64,000 nucleotides of DNA from Oribacterium sp. UBA4274 (GTDB lineage Bacteria > Bacillota > Clostridia > Lachnospirales > Lachnospiraceae). Where the stretch lies: positions 9,148 to 73,147 of the forward strand of contig DGVW01000052.1 in the NCBI GenBank assembly GCA_002396005.1, written 5' to 3'. Positions within the stretch are counted from its first letter, which is position 1; the number at the start of each line of letters is the position of its first letter. The translations under genes were made by a program, and so were the position numbers. Shown in pieces: positions 59,844-64,000 of this stretch. The notes beneath the pieces were generated by a model that did not search any database, had not been told where the DNA came from, and saw nothing but the letters and a program-made list of their open reading frames with translations.

Positions 59844-59965
59844 CTATATCTCTCCCTACGTTGAGGCTATGACTTACTATTAAGGAATCTGGAAAATCAC
59901 TATTACAAATTCTGCCATAATCCCATAGAAAAAGTCAGCCTCTAAGCATAACCATGAAAATAATA

Positions 59966-59977
59966 GCACAAATGTTT
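59966..59977 (-). promoter_or_regulatory. candidate LexA (SOS) box next to the ruvA -10
   Basis: Minus strand AAAC-ATTT-GTGC directly before TATTAT; degenerate match to the Firmicute GAAC-N4-GTTC. Confidence 0.4.
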
Positions 59978-60084
59978 GCTAAACGCTATAGATATATGTT
60001 AGACTCTATGCATTAAAACACTAAGTTTGAAAAGTATAGCCGTGTATATACCGATAAAAGTCAGTAAACCCGACGGAACTTGTT

Positions 60085-61236
60085 ATGTTGAGGGAAAGGA
60101 TCACTTTGATACGTGTAGAAAAAAACATTGAACTTAATACTACTTTTGATATGTCGCTGATTGCCGATCCATCGGACATCATGTTTTTTGACATTGAAAC
60201 AACCGGACTTTCATCCTGGAAATCGGGACTCTATCTGATAGGACTTCTTACATATGATGACGGTTGGAAGCTGATTCAGTATTTCTGTGAGGATGTAAGC
60301 GACGAAACTGTAGTCCTTGAAAGCTTCTTTACTCTGCTGTCCTCAAAAAAGGTTCTGATATCTTTCAATGGCGACGGTTTTGACATTCCTTTTCTTGCAC
60401 ATATGGTAGAGCAATATGGTCTGCCCTACTCCTTTGACAAGGTTGAAAGCTATGACATTTTGAAGAAAATCCGTCCACTGAAGAAGCTTCTGGGACTTGA
60501 GAATCTGAAGCTTAAGACTTGTGAAAAGTTTTTAGGTATTTATCGTGAAGACCGATTTTCCGGTGGTGACCTTATCAATGTCTACTTTCAGTGGCAGGAG
60601 GATCGGTCTCAGGATAAGCTCGATTGTCTCCTGCTTCATAACTTTGAAGACATCGAAAATATGCCAAATATCCTTCCTATACTAAACTATATTTATGCTT
60701 TAAATGGAAGCTTTTCACCAGAGGCACAGGAGCTTGTAAAGCATCCAACAGAAAACAGGAAGGTTCTGAGTCTGAGATACAATTGTTTCCGGAAGCTTTC
60801 AGGTAGTCATGGCGCCCCGGATATGTCACTCATTTCAGTACCCGTACCTGTTGACCTGAAGCTTGATAACTGGTTCTTAAACCTGACAGGTCACGAAATA
60901 AACCTTTGCGCTGATCTCTATGAAGGTGAGCTTAAATATTATTATTCCGACTACAAGGACTACTATTACCTTCCTATGGAAGACAAGGCAATCCACAAGT
61001 CCGTTGCAGAGTTCGTCGACAGAAAATTCAGAAAAAAAGCCACTGCCAAAACCTGCTACCAAAGAGTATCCGGATTGTTTCTTCCGGAACCGGAGCCTGT
61101 ATTCTCTCCTGTTCTTTTCAGGGAGTACAAGGACAAACTCTCTTACACTCAGTTCTCTCCGGAGCTGTTTGATGACGAAGCTCTGACTGAAGCATATCTC
61201 CGGTCAGTTATAAAGCAGCTGAAGTTGAAAATATAA
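60085..61236 (+). CDS. RNase H-like (DnaQ/YprB-type) exonuclease domain protein
   Basis: FFDIETTG, FNGDGFDIPFL, LLHNFED; likely start TTG 60106 behind GAAAGGA. Confidence 0.85.
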   Translation: MLRERITLIRVEKNIELNTTFDMSLIADPSDIMFFDIETTGLSSWKSGLYLIGLLTYDDGWKLIQYFCEDVSDETVVLESFFTLLSSKKVLISFNGDGFDIPFLAHMVEQYGLPYSFDKVESYDILKKIRPLKKLLGLENLKLKTCEKFLGIYREDRFSGGDLINVYFQWQEDRSQDKLDCLLLHNFEDIENMPNILPILNYIYALNGSFSPEAQELVKHPTENRKVLSLRYNCFRKLSGSHGAPDMSLISVPVPVDLKLDNWFLNLTGHEINLCADLYEGELKYYYSDYKDYYYLPMEDKAIHKSVAEFVDRKFRKKATAKTCYQRVSGLFLPEPEPVFSPVLFREYKDKLSYTQFSPELFDDEALTEAYLRSVIKQLKLKI

Positions 61237-61240
61237 AGCC

Positions 61241-61289
61241 AAAAACAGACACGACTGAGAATGTTGATTTCTCAAACCTGTCTGTTTTT
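61241..61289. terminator. bidirectional terminator
   Basis: AAAAACAGACA...TGTCTGTTTTT between convergent genes. Confidence 0.75.
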
Positions 61290-61325
61290 ATGTTTTTTTA
61301 TTTCCATAAATTAAATGTCATAGTT

Positions 61326-62996
61326 TTAACTACGTTTTATCAGAAGCTCTTTCCCTTCAAACGCAAAGGCAAGCTTTATTATCTTCTCTTTTTCGAATCC
61401 CGCTTCCAGAAGTTCAGCCTCATATTTCTTGTCTTCGATCTGTTGAAGCGCCATATCGCAAAGCTCGTCAAGGGTCTTGCCCTTCTCACTCCTGCGCTTG
61501 GCCTTGAACTCGATGATGACAGCATTATCCTTTTTGTCCTTCGGGCGGAGCATCACATCATATCGTCCCAGGCCGCTTTCACGATTTGACTTTATCTCAT
61601 ATCTGCCGCGCAGTTCCACCAGAAGTCCTATCACAAGTCCATGATAGAAATTTTCAGGAGCCGCCTTGCCGCTTCCGTCAAAAGTACTGATCATACTTTC
61701 ACAGATTTCCGACAGAGTATCCATCATGTCGTCAATGTTTCCTTCAAGGAGAGCTTTTACGAAATAACTGTAATATCCTCCGGTATTTTCAAACCATCTT
61801 TTTACAAGAATGCTGAAGCTTACTGCAACTTCATAATTTGTCAGTTTAAGCTCGTACTCCATTATCCCGTCTTTATCAGTCAAGGATACGGCTTTCAGAT
61901 ATCCGCTTGCAAACAAAAGGCTCCATACAGCTTTTTCATTTCCGTCCATTTCTCCGAAAACAAGCTGCTCATCTATCTCCGATTTTACGCTTCCACCATT
62001 TAAAAGCTCTTCAAAGGACTGCTTAATCTCAACGCTGCCTTCTCTCACAAGTTTCGAAACCAAAGCATTGGAACTTGTATTGGCCCAGTATGGCTCATAT
62101 TTACCCGTCTGCAGAAATGAGATGATGGACCATGGATTATATATTCCATCCATATCTCCAAATTTGAATCCATCGTACCACTCTTTTACCTTCTCCTTTT
62201 CGGAGCCGTACCCGTATGCATCAAGAGCTTCAAATACTTCCTTCTCAGTAAACCCAAAAGAGTCCGCATAATTGTCGGAAGAAATAGTTACGATCTTTAA
62301 ATTGTTGAGATCAGAAAACAGCGACTCACGACTGACTCTGGTGATACCGGTCAAAAGTGCCTTTTGTAGGTTCGGATTTGTTTTTAATGTCGCATTAAAC
62401 ATATTCCGCATGAATCCGGTGATTTCATCCCAGTATCCATTTACATATGCCTCCTGCATCGGAGTATCATATTCATCGATCAGGATAATGACTTTTTCTC
62501 CATAATACCCTCTGAGCAAGGAAGAAAAAATGTTTAAACATTTGACTGCTACAGATGCATCCATTTTAAGATTGATATCGTTCCAAAATTCAAGCTCATC
62601 ATCTGACAGACTATCCTTTAAAAAAGATAGATTTATTTTCAGATCCATAAATGTCTGTACAAACTGAGTTACAGCATCTTTGAAATTATCGGCCTTTATT
62701 GCCGCAAAGGAAACAAAGAGCACCGGCCATTTGCCGCACTCTTTCATCATCTCAGTATCTTTTGATACATTCAGCCCTTTAAAAAGCTCCTCATTATTTC
62801 CCTGCCTTATTGAAAAGAACTTCTCGACAGTGCTTAGCATCAGAGTTTTTCCGAAACGGCGAGGACGAGTGATCAAGGTGATATCATCGTTGCTTCTCCA
62901 CCACTCAGGAATAAAGTTTGTTTTGTCAATATAGAAGTTATTTTGCTCTATAACCTTTTCATAATCCTGTATGCCAAGTCCGACAGTCTTTAACAT
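61326..62996 (-). CDS. AAA-ATPase-like protein with C-terminal PD-(D/E)XK nuclease domain
   Basis: YIDKT, RPRRFGKT, IDEYD.P, YNPWS, ENFYHG, SNRESG.GRYD...IIEFK; ATG 62996. Confidence 0.9.
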   Translation of the reverse strand: MLKTVGLGIQDYEKVIEQNNFYIDKTNFIPEWWRSNDDITLITRPRRFGKTLMLSTVEKFFSIRQGNNEELFKGLNVSKDTEMMKECGKWPVLFVSFAAIKADNFKDAVTQFVQTFMDLKINLSFLKDSLSDDELEFWNDINLKMDASVAVKCLNIFSSLLRGYYGEKVIILIDEYDTPMQEAYVNGYWDEITGFMRNMFNATLKTNPNLQKALLTGITRVSRESLFSDLNNLKIVTISSDNYADSFGFTEKEVFEALDAYGYGSEKEKVKEWYDGFKFGDMDGIYNPWSIISFLQTGKYEPYWANTSSNALVSKLVREGSVEIKQSFEELLNGGSVKSEIDEQLVFGEMDGNEKAVWSLLFASGYLKAVSLTDKDGIMEYELKLTNYEVAVSFSILVKRWFENTGGYYSYFVKALLEGNIDDMMDTLSEICESMISTFDGSGKAAPENFYHGLVIGLLVELRGRYEIKSNRESGLGRYDVMLRPKDKKDNAVIIEFKAKRRSEKGKTLDELCDMALQQIEDKKYEAELLEAGFEKEKIIKLAFAFEGKELLIKRS

Positions 62997-63113
62997 GCGA
63001 TACACCTCTTCTCGTCACTACCATATAGCTTATCTAACGTCTATAGTTTATAGTAGCATAATTTCATATGTCCCTCAATTAAGCGACAGTGTAAGGACAT
63101 TGCTAAAGGTGAA

Positions 63114-63208
63114 GCCATTCATCCAACAACCTAAAGTCATGGGTTTTCTGACTGAAAAATTAAAAAAGCCGCCTTACTCACGACTAAAGTCACGAGCGTG
63201 CGGCGGCT
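63114..63208. mobile_element. pair of IS200/IS605-like terminal hairpins without transposase (remnant or non-autonomous element)
   Basis: Two imperfect palindromes sharing a CTAAAGTCA core: 63114-63153 and 63167-63208. Confidence 0.5.
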
Positions 63209-63275
63209 AAATCGTCAAACAAAGATTTTTTCCAGGAAACTAAACTCAGGAAACAAAACTAACCTTTCGAAAACA

Positions 63276-64000
63276 TCACCCATTTGTCACGTATCCTTTA
63301 ACCGCGCTGTGTGCGGCAGTCACAGGTGATGCAAGATAGATATTGACCTTATTGGTACCCATACGGCCTAAGAAGTTTCTGTTATTGGTGGCGACTACGG
63401 TTTCACCATCTGTGAGGATTCCTCCGGAACGTCCGCAGCAGAGACCGCAGCCCGGATTCATGATGATGGCACCGGCATCATTGAAGATTTTCATGAGGCC
63501 TTCCTGCACAGCTTTTATATAGATGGAGCGGCTTGCAGGCGTGATGATGAGCTTCACATATGGTGCCACATGCTTACCCTTAAGTATCTCTGCCGCTGCT
63601 CTCAGATCCTCGAGACGACCATTTGTGCAGGAACCGATAAACACCTGATCGATCTTTATATCTTTAAGCTCCGAAATCGGCCTTATCTTGTCTACCTGAG
63701 AAGGGCAGGCCGCTACCGGCACAAAGTCCTCCGCCTTATAGTTCAGAACCTGAACGTAGTCTCCGTCTCCCTCATCCTTGAAGCATCCGTGTGCTTCATC
63801 ACAGGGAACTCCCGAAAACTCTGCGGTCTTCTCATCTGCATAGAAAAGTCCGCATTTAGCTCCGGCTTCGATGGTCATGTTTGCCATGGTGAGTCTCTCG
63901 GAAACGGACATGGCATCAAAGGTATCTCCCGAAAATTCCATGGACTTGTATGTAGCTCCTGCTGCAGTGAGATCTCCGATGATAGTGAGTATCACATCCT
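63276..64000 (-). CDS. 3-isopropylmalate dehydratase/homoaconitase large subunit (aconitase family), C-terminal part
   Basis: ANM..E.GAK, FIGSCTNGR..DL, PGCGLC.G, TNNRNF.GRMG, YLASP..AA; runs off window end. Confidence 0.9.
   Translation of the reverse strand, partial: DVILTIIGDLTAAGATYKSMEFSGDTFDAMSVSERLTMANMTIEAGAKCGLFYADEKTAEFSGVPCDEAHGCFKDEGDGDYVQVLNYKAEDFVPVAACPSQVDKIRPISELKDIKIDQVFIGSCTNGRLEDLRAAAEILKGKHVAPYVKLIITPASRSIYIKAVQEGLMKIFNDAGAIIMNPGCGLCCGRSGGILTDGETVVATNNRNFLGRMGTNKVNIYLASPVTAAHSAVKGYVTNG

Noticed and set aside
62971-63210. 79-aa ORF crossing the IS-like hairpins as a transposase remnant
   Set aside because: No HUH/Y1 or RuvC motifs; likely a chance ORF

Overview
Chromosomal window from a low-GC Firmicute. 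Gene content and synteny suggest Lachnospiraceae (inference). Almost all genes lie on the minus strand. Housekeeping content includes polA (partial), upp, topB, galM, asd, parC/parE-type topoisomerase, galK-galE-galT, a Na/Pi cotransporter, CapA, two heterodimeric ABC exporters, a PBP-FtsW/RodA pair, zapA, ruvAB, a partial LeuC-like gene, tRNA-Leu(CAA) and tRNA-Thr(CGT). I found no CRISPR array, prophage or intact transposase. The best candidate for an uncharacterised system is a two-operon cell-surface locus at about 26.1-32.8 kb: VTC/CYTH polyphosphate-polymerase domain, DUF4956, Cthe_2159-type beta-helix lipoprotein, GT2-GtrA fusion, phosphodiester glycosidase and a small membrane protein, beside a Na/Pi transporter. 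Its two promoters share an 11-bp-spaced direct repeat at an identical distance from the -10 box. Other notable items are several apparent pseudoenzymes (two tandem SGNH proteins lacking Ser and His, an esterase with GxNxG, a degenerate PRTase), a split or frameshifted U32 hydroxylase gene, orphan IS200/IS605-like end hairpins, and several structured non-coding segments. All family calls come from motif recognition by eye; no database searches were run.
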